NCBI RefSeq assembly: GCF_009914755.1
Contig: NC_060926.1
Direction: 5' to 3' (one strand)
DNA length: 64,000 bases
Source: the human T2T-CHM13v2.0 reference genome, Homo sapiens
The stretch's first letter is position 1, and each line of letters starts with the position of its first letter. Position numbers and translations under genes: made by a program. Positions 1 to 15,550 of the stretch are shown piece after piece. The notes under the pieces were generated by a model. The model searched no databases. It was not told the DNA's origin and worked only from the letters and a program-made list of their open reading frames with translations.

Positions 1-213
1 ACCTGGTGGCTTTAAAAGAAGAGAGATTGGCCTGAGTGAGCACACTTGCTCTGTCTCACAATCTGATGCCCTCTGCCTTGTTAGGATGCAGCAAGAAGGT
101 CCTCACCGGATGCCAGCACCATGATCTTAGACTTCCCAGCCTCTAGAACCATGAGCTAAATAAATCACCCAGTCTGTGGTATTCAGTTATAGCTACAGAA
201 AGTGAACTAAGAC
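1..213 (+). mobile_element. ERVL-MaLR LTR 3' part (MST-like)
   Basis: Typical MaLR LTR end: gacttcccagcctctagaaccatgagctaaataaa...gtctgtggtattcagttatagc...actaagaca. Confidence 0.7.
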
Positions 214-3200
214 AAATACCTACTGTCTTTAACCTCTATTCTGCTTTCAATATGATAAAATGGGCCACTCATGAACCTCAGCTACACAATCATAAAAGCT
301 AACAGACAAATTGAATGATTATTTTTTTTAATGACAAGTAAAAGGAACTACTATCCTAACACAAACATGCAACTAAAGTGGACATCTGATGCTTTGTCTG
401 CCCAGCACTCCTCTTCCTGCGAAGAACTGCACCCATCCTATGTCATTCCCACAGGGATAGTCATTCACAATGCTGCATCAGTGTTGCACACCTACCTATC
501 CACGGGGGTGGATGTGTGACCCAGAAGTTGACCGGTCTGGTACCCACCTATTTTAGCTTTATGTGCCAGGCATCAAGCTGAACGTGAGGGATACCGACAT
601 GAAGAAGATGCAGTCCCTTCCTTCCGGTTACCAGCAGTCTGGAAACTGGGACTACTGCAGAGTCCAAGGTATTAGCAAACCATGCAATACAGGGTGATAA
701 GTACATGCTGAAGCACTGAGCAAAGTGTTGTGAAAATACAGAGAGCAGGTAAAGACTGAAGAAAGGAGTTCGTATTTCAGCAGAATCTTAAAAAGAAGTT
801 CCATATGAGCAATCAGCATGTGCAAAAACAAGGATTTTTGAAACAGGGCTTGTGGCCTGGTGGGTACACTGGAACCCCACTAGAGGGTGAGATTAAGGGG
901 AATGGTGGGGAGCAAGATTGCAGGACGGAGTGAATGACATGAAAAGATCGAGTCCAGCCAAGGAGTTGCATTGAATCCTAGGCAACAAGGAGCTAATGTA
1001 GGTTTCTGAGCAGAGAAGAGTTAAAAGCAGATTTGTAATTTAATACAATCCCTCTGGAGGTTAAATGGGATCATTAAATGATGAACCCTTGGATGGTAGG
1101 AGTGTCTTTGGTATGCAGTAGTGTTGATAAACATTTATTGGGAAATGATGACAGTCTCAACAGAGGCAGTAGCAGAGGGGATAGAAAAAACGGAGCAATT
1201 TTGAAAGACATTTTTGAGCTAGAACCAACAGAACTTATCCAACAATTAGGAAGGAAAGGCAAGAATTAAGAATGTTTTAGCAGTTTCTCTCTTAAGTGAT
1301 AAAATGGATGGAAATAAGAACTAGGTGAAGATAATAGTCGTGCTTTTGAACATATTAGATTTGAGAGGCCTGGGAATCCAGGGAACGAAGTAGGTCTGAC
1401 AGGTAAGGAATTTAAGAACGTCTGGGGCAAAAGATAGGAAGGTCTAGAAGTCACCATCACAGAGATGCAGTTTACAAGAGAGGGTGTTAGTCAAGAGAAT
1501 TAACCTCCGAAATGCTAGAAATTGTTCAAATTATGACTTTCCGAAGGAATATGTCAGGCTCAAGTTCCTTTATAATTGTTACATACAAGATCAAAGCTCC
1601 CCCACCTACACCCACATTCCCTACACCCCTAAAATAGAATTGGCAAAATGCCTCCACACCACAGGTAGGGATTAAAAAAAAAAAAAAAACAAGACTCCAG
1701 CTATTTGACTCCCTTAGCATGTCTGGGCCACCAACAAATCATAAGCTGTTGGAGACTCTGCCTGGCAACCAATGCTGGACCATTCATAAGGAGAAATGGC
1801 ATCAGCATCCACTAAACCAGACAGTCTTTGAAGTACTTCTGCCAAACCCAGGGTAACTACTGAGCCAGGAGGCCTTCCGGTCTTTTCATTTCCCTGCCAA
1901 ACTGGCCACGTGCTGACTCTCCCTTGCCAGGAGTTCATGCCTGCACCTCCATGGGTACCTGATAAGATGCCACAGTCCTTGTCATGGGCATATGCATGGG
2001 GGCTGGGGGGTCAGGTGAGAGGAGGCAGCAGTGGCCAGGGAGCTGGCAGCCTGGGGTCAGTTGTACCAGTGATTCTCAGCTAAACTTGGCTTAGTGGAGC
2101 CACAGAACTTTGTCTGAATATGTACCTATCAGAAAGCCGATGACTTTTCTTGTTATACTTTTTCTTTAAAAATGAAACAAAACTGAATTAACATAGAAAG
2201 ATCTAACTGATATGATAATTGATAAAGGCACATGGTATAGCTGTATGCACAATATGATCTATTTGGGTTTTTTTCCTAAGTGTATGTGAAGGTGTGTGTG
2301 TGTGCGCCTGTGCGTACGTAGAACTTATCTGAAAGGATACATACCCAGCACTGGGGAGCTGGGATGGGGAGGGGGAATGGGGAGCTTCTACATTTCACCT
2401 TTCTCTATCGTTTGCGTTTGCTTTTTTTTCTTTTTTTTACAAGAAACTTGTTAATTTTCATGTAAAATTTTTTCAAAAGGCACCAGACATTTTAATCAAT
2501 CATAGAAGGGCAGCTCAATACTTAATAGATTTCTAAGGTCTGTGTGTGAACATGCATTGCTTAACAGCGTGGTTTTCAAGTAGATGCCTCCTAACCAAGT
2601 CAGCACAAGTTCCTAATGACTGACTGAGCAAGAGCGTGGCTTCCTGAAGGCAGAGTCCCTCCCTCCCCCTTCCCTCACTTCCAGCCATCCCAGGTCAGGT
2701 AAGAACCTGTCTGGAGAATGTGTGTAGGAGAAAGGAGGCTCCACAATGGTGAATAGGAGAGTCACTGGCTGCAAAGACGCTTGTGAAACAAGGCCAGGCC
2801 TTGGATTACTACCTTCATGTTCATGGGGATGCGACAGTCTTTGCCCAGACTAACCCAGGTTTGTCACACCCACACTAAGCTAGCGTGGAATCAGTAACTA
2901 GGTCAATAATCAGCTCTAAAGCTGGCTTATCCCAGGGTTGAAGGCAGGTGGATCCCTGTGTTGAGCTGGCTTCTTTCCTTGGGTGAGAGGTGGGTTCCTG
3001 ACTGGTTGAGGTGCCCTCTCTGCCAAGCTGGGAAAGGCCATCAGGAGCATAAATCCTGAGAGCCTCCTCAGAAAAAAAAAAAAAACAAAACAGAAGAAGC
3101 CAGGAAGATTCAGGAATAACTGGCTCAGAAAACATTTCCTAAAGGCAGGGGTAAAGGATTCCCATTTAGAAAATTTAAGCAAGAAATTAAGTAAAACAAA

Positions 3201-3817
3201 GAAACATAAAAATCAGTTTGAAAAACAACATACTCCATGTTGGATTTTTGATGCTCTTTAAATAACAGCAAATTGAAAATGCGGACATCAGTGACATGGA
3301 GCCACATCCTGTGACTTTTCCAACAGCTCTACCACAAGAGCCCTGCCTGCCCTGGGCAGCGGAGACTTGTAGGGAGGAAGTTGAGGAAGCTTCCTCTCTC
3401 TGCCCAACCCCCATCACCACCCCCTGCCACCACCCCCATCAAAAGGCAAGTCTACCATTCGCACAACTGCCACTCTATATTGTCCTTGTCTTCCCACTTT
3501 TTAAAATAAGATTTTATTTTTGTATACATATTTGCTTAAAATCAGTGAGTTTCTGGTCAGGTTGTGGTACCAGAAGGCTTTTATGAGTAGTTTATGTTGC
3601 CAAGACCCAAGATATGCTGCAAACAGTCTGGAGTAAAGTAGACAATAACATCTTTCTAAAGAGAGGTTAGAAATTTCTAATCCAGCAAGTTTTTTAAACA
3701 TGTTTTCATTTTCCAGAAGCAAAGCTGAGTTAAATTTGGCTACCAGGACACTATTCACAGGTATCACCAAGGAAACAGAGTATAGACCACCAAAAACAAG
3801 TTCAACCCATCCATTCA

Positions 3818-4243
<426 letters not shown>

Positions 4244-4289
4244 CTAACCTGTGTCACACTAAAGATACATCAATAAAGACTGTAACTGA

Positions 4290-4770
4290 GAATGTGAATA
4301 AATCAGAACCCTTGTGCATTGCTGGCAGTAATGTATAATGATGCAGCCACATGTGGAAAATGGTGTGGAATTCCTCAAAAATTTAAACGTAGAATTGCCA
4401 TATAATCCAGCAACTCCACCTGTGGATATATACCCAAAAGAAGTAAAAGCAGGACTCAAAGAGATATTTGCATACTCACAATATAGCAGCATTGTTCACA
4501 ATAGCCAAAAGGTGGAAACAACCCAAGTGTCCATCAACGGAAGAAAAGATAAAAAAAAAATGTGATCTATTCATGCAATGGAATATTATTCAGCCTAGAA
4601 AAGAAAGGAAATTTTGACACATGCCGCAACGTGGGTGAATCTGAAGACATTATGCTAAGTGAAATAAGCCAGTCACAAAGAGATAAATATTTTAAGACTC
4701 CACTTATGCGAGGTACCTGGCCACGTGCTGTCTAGAGTGGTCAAATCCATAGAAACACAGTAGAAGGGTC
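4290..4770 (+). mobile_element. Old L1 3' fragment (L1MA/L1MB-like)
   Basis: Degenerate ORF2 C-terminus (LKNLNVELPYNPATP) and 3'UTR motif gacattatgctaagtgaaataagccagtcaca; boundaries approximate. Confidence 0.75.
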
Positions 4771-5680
4771 TAAACCTCCTAGCCCTGCACAGCAGGGTCT
4801 AAACCCAGTAGGACTGAGACCCTGACAGGACCCATGAAAGGAATCCAGAGACCCAAGACCTGCTGAAAAAGGACATGCTTATAGGAGTGGTCTGAATCCC
4901 TGTAGGCACTGACTGAGTTGGTCTCAGTTAGTTCTTTGGTTTGGACACTTGCAGTTGGGCCTTTTCCATGATAGACCCCAACAATGACTCATCTCCTTTT
5001 CCAAAACTTGCCACAAGCTGAAATATGTTGACTTCCCTGGCTTAGAGCCTCAGATATCCTTGCTAGGGATTCTGCTCACCTGGCCACACACCCAACCCTG
5101 CCATCCATAATTACCACTCTTCCTCTGAAACTCCTGCTAACTCTTTCCTGGAATATTGATGTCCCATTGTCTCTGTAATTTAGAGAGTAAAATCCTTGAA
5201 CAAAGACTATTCAAAACTACTTCAGCCAACAGGCATTTATTAAGTACCTAACAGATGCAAAACTTGTATGAAGTTTGAGTTTGAATAATCACTAGCCATC
5301 AATTGCATTAACAACTAACCAAACAGACATTTATGTGTGTAATTTACCCTACATGTAGGTGGAGTAGGTGGCCAGTGGAAACTTCCAAAACCTTGCCCAA
5401 ATTATCGTCCTATCAGATTGTTTAATGTGGAACTGGCAGGGAAACCTGGGAAGCCAGACACACCCAATTGCTACCATTAAGGAGGCTTTTATTGACTGAG
5501 CATTGTTGGAGCCATTAGCAGTATTGTGATAGTAGCTGAGGCAAGCTCTCAGAGGGACACTGCAATGGAACATTTTTACAGGAGCAGAGAAAATGGAAAG
5601 TCTGAAGTAAGGCACTGGCCAGTGAAAGCTGGCCTAAGGAGTGAATGACACTGAGTGACCTTGGACAATCAAAGTCTTCA

Positions 5681-6041
<361 letters not shown>

Positions 6042-7839
6042 CTAAAGGGCCAAAGAGAGTGGAAGGAAAGGCAGTAGAGAAGGCATTGTCATCCTCCTCC
6101 ACGGGTTTACCATGGGCCAGCCCTGCAGATGGCTCATGGAAGCCTTTGGAGGAAGAGACACAACCTCTTGATGCCTCGCAACCTAGTCAGAGCCTGGGAG
6201 GGAATGGATAATGTTTCATGGTTGAAACGGTGGCACATACTTTCGAATATTATGTTAGTTTCCAAAAAAACAAGACTAAAGCGGCCTCTTCTCTGGCAGC
6301 TCTCCACCTAACGCTTCTCTGAGGCCTCTACTCTATAAAGAGGACACGGCTATCCACACTTGAGGTTCCACAGCCTCCTGGAGTCTTCTGAGGAGAATAA
6401 GATCCTACTTGAGTTTTCTAATCCATCCAATTCACTGGCCAAATCATTTTTTGCATAACATTAAGTCTGTGACCAGCCTTCCTTTGGGGGTCTGCCATAC
6501 TGTTAACGTGCCAGAAAACAGCTGAGATTAAAGCATAATGGAGCTACGGGAAATAATTTGTAATGAGCATCTTGGGGGCAGATTAGCAACTTTTCTCTGA
6601 TCTTCCAATTCCTCCTTTCAGGCCTTACTTTCCCAGCTTCTCCCACAATTGTGTAATGAATCCTTTCCTCTATAATACTCCTAGTAATTCCACTTCCTTG
6701 AGTACACCCAAACTGATTCCTTTGCCTCATCATTCTGAGAGCAGTGAATCAGTCAAAGAGATTTCACACCAGAGTCAAGAGTTGGCTCCACAGTTCCTCT
6801 TCCTGAAGAAAGGCATACAAAGCTAAAATACACCTATATCCACATCTATCCAATTATATCTATGCATTCATTCTTTTGCTGTGATCAAAAATGAGGGTCT
6901 GGCCTTGTAAAAGGGCTAAAAAGTTATTAGTTTTATATACATTTTTTTTAATTTCAAAGGTGAGATAGTTGCCCAAAAGAAGAATTTGTGCAAGATTTGG
7001 AAGTTAAGATATAATGTTGAGTAGGATGTGTCAATTTTCTGCAAATGTTGATACCCCAATTTTACTTGCTACTTCAAAATAGTGCACAAAGGAAAAAGAA
7101 AAAGAAATTGAAACCCATGGTTATTATGCCCTGTTCAAATGATAAAGCTCCCATCTTTAGTGTTGAGCTGTGTACAGCAACAACACAGTCAAAAATCGTA
7201 AATATTTTTTCACCTTCTGAAAGTATATTACACAAGAGACCACCCAAGCACTAAGACTTCCTTTATTATTCACATATTTCACCCTCTTACATACCCTCAA
7301 GGGTATGTAAGTCTCAGTCTCTGCCAAAGGCAGCTTCCCCTGATTATCTCGAGAATTACTCCATGAGCTGCAACCAATTCTTGTTTGCTCCTTGCTTTCT
7401 CTGCACTTTCTTAGGTGCCTCAGGGACCATCCTAAACCCCAAATATCTTATCTATGGTGACTTGAGAGTATTACGCTATGTGGGATTAAGTGTGGCAAGA
7501 AGTCTCATACACAGTATCACGTATATTAAATATTACCAGAATGTCACACACCCACAAGGGAAAATGGCAATTTAAGAAAGCTAGAGAGGCATTTACCCAT
7601 GAGACAGATATGTATGCCATTCAGTGGACAAGATAAGGAGCGAGAATAAAAATGATATGAGACAGAAGGCAGCAGGAAATCTAGGAGAACTAGCTTCTAT
7701 CTAGTCCCAACCCTGGACTGAATTGCCATGTGGCTGTGGGCAAATGACACATATCTGTTGGGGCAGAAAATGCTAGTTACCTCTAATAATAATCCCTGCT
7801 AACTTTCAAAATAAGCACATTCTAAATTTTCTCTTCTTG

Positions 7840-8240
7840 AGTGTCCACAGTTTATCTGAGCACATGACAGCCAGGAATAAAGACCCAATTTCCCAGCCTC
7901 CCTTGCAGCTAGATGTAAGGTATGACTAGGCTCTGGCCAATGGGATGTAACAGATAACATGGAAATTTCCAGAAATTTCCTTAAGAGACAACTTAGATGT
8001 ATGCCCTTGGCTCCTTCTCTTCCTCTTTCCTTCACCCTACTTCTCGAGATGTGGAAATGTTAGATAGACTTCTATCTTGGATAGTGATGACAAGAGCCCC
8101 ACTCTAGTGACTATGCAGTCAAAAGCTGGAAGTAGCCTGGGTTGCCAGTGATTGTGGAGCCTTACACCACATTTCATGTGATAGAGAAATAAATTGTACA
8201 TTATTTAAGCCACTGTTTTTCAGATCTCTGTTACAGGTAG
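7840..8240 (+). mobile_element. Ancient ERVL/MaLR LTR fragment
   Basis: tttcccagcctcccttgcagctag...tctggccaatgggatg and aaataaa...ttaagccactg end motifs; family not resolved. Confidence 0.45.
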
Positions 8241-8388
8241 TCTAATCCTAACAAATACATGTGTATTTTCAACTGTTTATAGATGCTGTTAAAATTAATA
8301 AGATAAATATTCCATTGAAATGTTTTTGCATTAGCAATATTTTTGACTGTATGCATTTTTTAATCAGTAGAAACAAATGCTCTTATAA

Positions 8389-8708
<320 letters not shown>

Positions 8709-9329
8709 TGATATTCAACAATCTTTATGATAAAAAAAAATGTTTGCACTCTCTGCTCTGGAGGATGGACAGAAATTAGAAGTGAACAGAGGAAGAAGTA
8801 GGACTAGGAGAAAAGTCACAAGTGTGCCCTTTTCCACCATGTACAGCCACCTGCTTAATCTACTAGGCATAATTGGAGAAATAATAAGCAATATTTGGAG
8901 AAAGAAAAATTAAAGGCAGATGGGTGAACAAAGCCCATGGCTTCACCAAAGCTCAGTAGGGTAATCTTCAACAACATTGCTTAAACTTGTCCCCAGGCAT
9001 TCCAAGTTTTTTGCCTAGCCGAGCCTCTTAACCATGTTTCTCTATGACTTGTGGTGCAAGCTACTTAAGCCTCAGTGATACAGGGATGTCTGCATCACCT
9101 GTCCCTCTTCTCACCATGCTGTCACTCCATGTCTGTACTTGAGCTAAAATCTTGACAGAGCTCCCTTCTCAAATTCCCTCTGGAATTCTAACCCTTTTTA
9201 TCTTTCTCTGTATTTTTCCCCATCTCATCAATGTCAGCTCTCCCAGAGTTATGGTCTCCTTAGTCCACTGAGTTTTCTTTCCTCCCTCCCTCTCCTGACT
9301 CCTTGCCAACTTTCAAAATAAGCACATTT

Positions 9330-9632
9330 ATAACTTTTTAACCTTTTTATTTTATTTATATATGTATTTATTTTTAATCAACAATAATTGTACATATTCA
9401 TGGGGTACATCGTGATGTTTCAATATGTGTAATGTACAGTGATCTCATCAGGGTACTTAGCATATCCACCATCGCAAACATGTATCCAACATTGTTTCAA
9501 TGTTGGCAACATTCAATATCCTCCTTCTAGCTACTTGCAATTATGTATTATCATTAACTATAGTAATTCTACAGTGGTATGAAACACTGGAAATTATTAT
9601 TCCTCCTATCTAGCCGTAATTTTGTATCCTGT
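9330..9632 (-). mobile_element. Old L1 (L1MA-like) 3'UTR fragment
   Basis: T-rich start, aattgtacatattcatggggtacat motif; flanked by near-repeat AAAATAAGCACA. Confidence 0.65.
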
Positions 9633-10563
9633 AAAAAAAATAAGCACACTTTTATCAAGGAAGATGCCCACTGGTCAGCCACCCCTTCACCCCACTGCAT
9701 TAACTACATCCTGGTCCCATGCCAACTTGAAGGCAGAACATTGACTGTCACAAGAAGCTCATTACTCCTAGCATTTGGATTTCATTTTTCTGGTCTTTAC
9801 TGAAGCTCTGTGGGTAACAAAGAGAGGTCAAATCAGGCAGCACATTAGATACTTCTCTTCTCTTAAAGGCCCCCTCTAGTCTTGCCCCCAACAGAATTGA
9901 TGTAGGAAAGCTTTTTTCTCCAAGACTTCTCCATATGGTTCCCAGTCCCTCTGGCTTCTCCCTCCTTTATTCTCCTTCTGTACTTCCTCCTCCCTGATCT
10001 GTGCAGAGCCTTTAAGCTCTGCTCCAGCTTCAAGCCCATTTTTGCATAGGCCATGCCTGCAGATCCAAACTCTTTAAGATGCTTAACCAAGGGCCTCTCA
10101 ATTGACAGAAACCCTCTTTGGAAGGCAGTTTACCAATTCTGTCTTGTGGCCTGACTGCCCTTTGAGGCCTCGCTCTTTTCTGCAGCTTCTCATATATATT
10201 TCTTTCAAACAAATGGAAGACCCTGCTCAAAGGAAAAGCTAAGAGCATAAAACATCTCTGTATGCTTCTGCCCTATGTATTTCCATGGAACCACTAACCT
10301 TATCTCAGGTATATCCTCAATTACCAATTCATTCCATGGTTTGTTAATTTCATGGACTCCTTAAAAATAATGCAGTTCTTTCCTTTTTGCTTCATTTTTT
10401 TTCTTAAACTTACTGCCCTTGGTGAGCATTATCTAGAATACTTTTGCATATGCACTTAAAGGCAGGTAGGTATTATCCTTCTAGAAAAGTCTACTCTTTA
10501 AATAGGATTTTCATATTATTAAATGGACATTTAGCAGAATAGACATTACTGACTTTACCTTGG

Positions 10564-11071
10564 TGTATTAGTCAGAGTTCTCCAGAGAAATGGAACCAAT
10601 CGGATATAGATAGATAGAAAGATAAGGGATTTATTATGGAAATTGACTTATGCAATTATGGAAGCAGACAAATCCCAAGATCTGCCATCTGGAGCTGAGG
10701 AACAGGAAAGCCAGTGATGTAATTCAGTCCAAATATAAAGGCCTGAGAACTGGCAAGCAAGGAGGGAGAAACAACTTATATAAGGCCCCAAAGTACCACA
10801 AACCAGAATCTCCAATGACTGAGGCAGGAGAAAAGAAACATCCAGAAGAAAGCAACTTTGTTCTTCCTCCACCTCTTCATTCTAGTCAGCCCCTCAACAG
10901 ATGAGTGATGCCAACACACATTGATAAGGGCCGGTCTTCTTTTCTCAGTTCACCAATTCAAAGTCTCATCTCTCCCAGGGCACCCTCACAGACACACTCG
11001 GAAATAATGTTTTACCAGCTATCTGGACATCCCTTAACCCAGCCAAGTTGACACATAAAACTAACCACTGC
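10564..11071 (-). mobile_element. MLT2-family (ERVL) solo LTR
   Basis: Begins tgtattagtcagagttctccagagaaa and ends aagttgacacataaaactaaccactgca, the MLT2 termini in reverse orientation. Confidence 0.75.
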
Positions 11072-13441
11072 AGTTGGAGAATTGAAATAGAATTGAGTCT
11101 GACCCTTAGCTCTGGGCCCTAAACTATACATATAATTTTCAGCAGATCCCATTAACCTCTACAGCATAAGGAAAAAGCCATAATTCCTCAGTAGGGCATA
11201 CAGGTAGGAAGCTTAGAACAGTCCTGGCATAATTATAAAGAGAATCCTTTTTCATTCACAAAAGTGTTCCATTTTGGACAATCATCTGTATGGTCCCCCT
11301 CAGAAGGCACCGGGCCTGGTACCTGGCACAGTGACTGACCCATGGTAGAAGGGGCTCCTGCAGGGCTTAGGAGTGTGGGCTCTGTAGTCCAGCTGCCTAG
11401 TTTCAAGTTCTGGCTTCCCTAGCGGAATACCCAAATCAGTTAGGGTCTTAGCTGCAAGTGACAGACACTGACTCTGGTTAATTTAGGCAGAAAAGGGACT
11501 TATTAAGAGGATTGAGAGAGGCTCATCCAAAATTGCCAGGAGAGCTGGAGAACCATGCTCGGAGGCTGGGCATTTGGGAAGACACCCAAAAACCACAGGG
11601 CAGAAGTGATATGGCGGTGGGGACTACTGCTGTGCCCTTGAGAACTACAGCGTCTCACCCATCCCTTTCCACTGATCCCCCCATACTGCTCCCACCTCTA
11701 TCTCCCCACCTGCCACAAATGCCTCCCCATTCCCTCACCCTCCCACCCCAGTACCAATGGCCAACACTGCAGGCCCTAAACCTGGTCTCTGCCTGGGGGA
11801 CCTCTACTGCCCTGAGGCCCTGACTTTGCTGCAGCCAGCACCGGCCCTGAGAGGCTTTTCATGGCCCCTGCTTCTTTTTGTTACAGGACATCTATAAAGT
11901 GGACCTCCAGGGATATCCCTTCCCAAGGTCATTTTCACAGATCTCTTGGATATTCACTCTCATTTTGCTTCTAAGAAGCCCTATCTACCATTCACATTGG
12001 AGCTCCTGGGTCTCTGATTCAACCACCTGGGAATATTTTATTATAATATTTGTATGAACATATGAGTTAATGAGCAAAACTCGGGCTCTTCTGCACAGCA
12101 GTAAACCATCACTATAGATAAAAAGAAAAAGGAATGTAAAAATCCTCTATTTTATCTAAAAATATTAGGAGAACATGCTCAGACTTTACTTAGAAAAGCA
12201 GTATATGCTGACAAAAATTATTAATCTACCCCTAAATCTATCCCCACAGTAGATTCGGATATACCATAGATTTTTTTATGGCTTATACTGAGCAATTATG
12301 TCATTATCTCAGAGTCCTGTACCTGCGAGCTCTCCAGAGAGGTTGTAGGCAAGGAAATATGGTCCCCATTCAGATGTACCCAACTCATTTGGCAAAGATG
12401 CCCAGACAAATAAATTCATGAGAAGGCTGAGCACAGCGTCAGCACTAAATGGAGAGACAGATGCTGTTCAGGCTGGTCTCCAAAGCTGGCACTCCCATCC
12501 CCAGTGAACAACCGAGATCCTGTCCATGTTTGCCAAACTCCAGAATTAGAAAGCTGAGCCTGGGCTACTGTGGTCCAACGAATTGAATGGACAATGACTA
12601 GATTTAAAAGTGATTCAGATGTTTCAGTGCTCAATCATGCTACTGGGAGAGGAGGTTCACACTGTGGTGGATGGTATTTTCTGTTTTAATTACAAACTAC
12701 TAGCGAAATATATCTGGAATTTTGCAAATAATAAGCAAGTCAAGATCTCCATTTTCATTCCACAGTTGGCTGCTGTGAGAAAATAGCGACCATTGTTTCT
12801 TCCAGCTTTTCATATGCTGAGCCTGTGAGGCACATGTGAAGGCTGAACGGAGGGGAGGCAGGAAGCAAGGCTGCCTCACCTGCCTGGATTCTAATTCATC
12901 CCACGCACATAGGCTTGTTATGCTGCCTTCTTCTGAACCTTGACAGTTTTTACAGAAAAACCAATTTTGAACTGATCATAAAAATTATAATCGTAATGCT
13001 GTTTCTGCTAAAAGAAAGGCTAAACTCATTTTTAAAGCAAGACAAACTACAGATCTTATATAAGATCACAAGCCTAATATGACGGAATTGGAAAAAAAAA
13101 TCTGTGTTCAGCATAGCAGATATCCATGAATAAACCAGACATTCACCTTATGAGACTTCAGCCAGCTTGTAGAGCACCTTGGTGCAAATTAGGAAAAAAC
13201 AAAAACAAAAACAAAAAAGCAAAACAAAAACCTTTTGGGTGGTTGAAACCTCATGGGATGTGTCATGCATTGTGGTAGAAGGCTCAGGGGGCATGGCTTG
13301 GAGAGGGGCCTAGTTGGAGTTTAGCCTTCACTGCCCCTGAGCCAGCTGCCTGGGCTCATGCCATGGCCTGAGTCACAGATCAGTTTCTTTACGGGCTTTT
13401 TTCCTGGTCCTTCACTAAAAGCAGAGTGAAAGCAATGGGAC

Positions 13442-13565
13442 TGTTATGGATTGGATTGTGTTCCCCCAAAAGATATTGAAATCCTAACCTCTAGTACCTA
13501 TGAACATGACTTTATTTGGAAATAGGGTTTGTTGATTGATGATTATTCCTGTCTTTTCTTCTTCT

Positions 13566-13596
<31 letters not shown>

Positions 13597-13940
13597 CTGA
13601 GACAAGGTCTTGCTCTGTTGCCCAGGCTATAGTGCAGTGGTGTGATCTCGGCTCACCGCAACCTCCACCTCCCAGGTTCAAGAAATTCTTATGCCTCAGC
13701 CTCCTGAGTAGCTGGGACTGCGGGCGTGCGCCACCACACCTGGCTAATTTTTGTATTTTTAGTAGGGATGGGTTTTTGCCATGTTGGCCAGGCTGGTCTC
13801 GAACTGCTGGCCTCAAGTCATCCACCCACCTCAGCCTCCCAAAGTGCTGAGGTGTGAGCCACCATGCCCAGCCAAATTTCTGTCATTTAAACCACCCAGT
13901 TTGTGGTACTTTATTACAGCAGCCCAAGAAGATGAATACA
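13442..13940 (+). mobile_element. MLT1-family MaLR LTR interrupted by an Alu
   Basis: 5' end tgttatggattggattgtgttccccc (13442-~13545) and 3' end aaatttctgtcatttaaaccacccagtttgtggtact...aataca (~13874-13940). Confidence 0.7.
13560..13873 (-). mobile_element. Alu (AluS/J-like)
   Basis: Long poly(T) plus reverse-complement Alu. Confidence 0.9.
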
Positions 13941-15257
13941 GGGACCAATAGTAGGGTTGCAGCAGAAGGCAAAACCACAGAGCACAACCTGGACGGGAAG
14001 GCCAGGGTTCAGCAGAGGTCACCACTCATCCAAAGCTGTCTCCCAAGGCTGTGGAAAGCACTCAACTGAAGCAAAAAATAAATAAATAAAAATAAAAATA
14101 AAACAAATGAACAAACAAACAAACCTAGGGCAGAATTGCAGAACTGCAACCCTGTGGGGGAGAGATGGAGGCCTGTCCTGGAGAAAGAGTGGAGGGTAAA
14201 TGAAAGCCTGATGGAGTCATGGGGCAGTAGGCTCTAGAACTGCCAAGAGAGCTGCCAATATACATCTCCTTAATAGCACAGGAGTAAGACAAAGCCATAG
14301 AGCCTTGGGCCTACAGAATAAAGGGGACATTGTCTAAAGATGAGACCTTGGGGTGAAGAAAGGCATGTTCAGAGCTTGAGCCATTAGGAGATGGAGAAAG
14401 GAGTTCCTGGCTCTGGGCAGAGCCACTGGATTTGAAAGGAAAACGGGAACAAACAGTTCTTCAAATATAAAAATGTGTTTATAGTATGTCAATTTTACCT
14501 CCATCATAAAAAAAAAATAAGATAAAAAATCAGAATATACATTAGTGGTTATTATTGATGGGTCTAGTTTCCTTACAGAAACTAATAGAACATTTGAGGC
14601 TGTTGGAGGATTTCCAACTTTGGTCAGAGAGGGATGCCCATGTTCATATGGTTACATCACACCAAGAATTGGCTCCCTTTAGGCAACATTTCTGATTGTT
14701 TTCTATCTCCTACAAATAAACATCAAGCCATAAATCCTCATGTTTGATCCAAGGAAACTACCAAGGCAGTTGCCAGTGCAGAAAAGATAAAGTCAGATGG
14801 CCTCGGAGTGAATTTACTGAGTCTCATGTTACATTTGCAAAACAACCAGAACTGAACTGAGCCTGCAAGTGAAATGGAAATCAGTAGTTAAGAACAGAAA
14901 TAGAATAATGTGTGAACTCTACCCACTCTTTATGACATCTGAGTAGAGGCAGAGGCCCTGGGTTTTCATTTCTGTTTGTCACTCTTGTCTTGCACATGAA
15001 ATGAACTGGCTGAGGTATAATCATAGTGTCCCAAATGGGATCCATTTTCCTAGACAGTTTCAAATCATCCCACAACCATATTCAGTTTAAATATGCTTTT
15101 TTTGTAACCATGAAAGGAATGTTATGTTCCTTTGTCACACAAAATATGAGCATTATCCACGTCTCCAAATGAGCAAAAGACTGCCCAGATGTTTGTTATT
15201 CTGAATCCCTCCAAATCAAGAAAAACTGGGATTCTTTTTCTTCTGAAGAAAATTGTC

Positions 15258-15550
15258 GGCTGGGTGTAGTAGCTCAAGCCTATAATCCCAGCACTTTGGG
15301 AAGCTGAGGTGGGAGGATCACTTGAGGCCAGGAGTTGGAAGCCAGCCTGGGCAAAATATTGAGACCCCATCTCCATAAGAAAAACAAGAATAAGCCAGCC
15401 ATGGTAACACGCACCTGCAGTCCCAGCTACTCAGGAGGCTGAGGTGGGAGGATCTCTTGAGCCCAGGAGTTCCAGGTTACAGTGAGTCATGATCGTGCCA
15501 CTACACTGTAGCCTAGGCAACAGAGAAAGATTCTATATGTAAAAAGAAAA
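15258..15550 (+). mobile_element. Alu (AluJ-like)
   Basis: Dimeric Alu; TSD AAGAAAATTGTC at 15246-15257 and 15551-15562. Confidence 0.9.
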
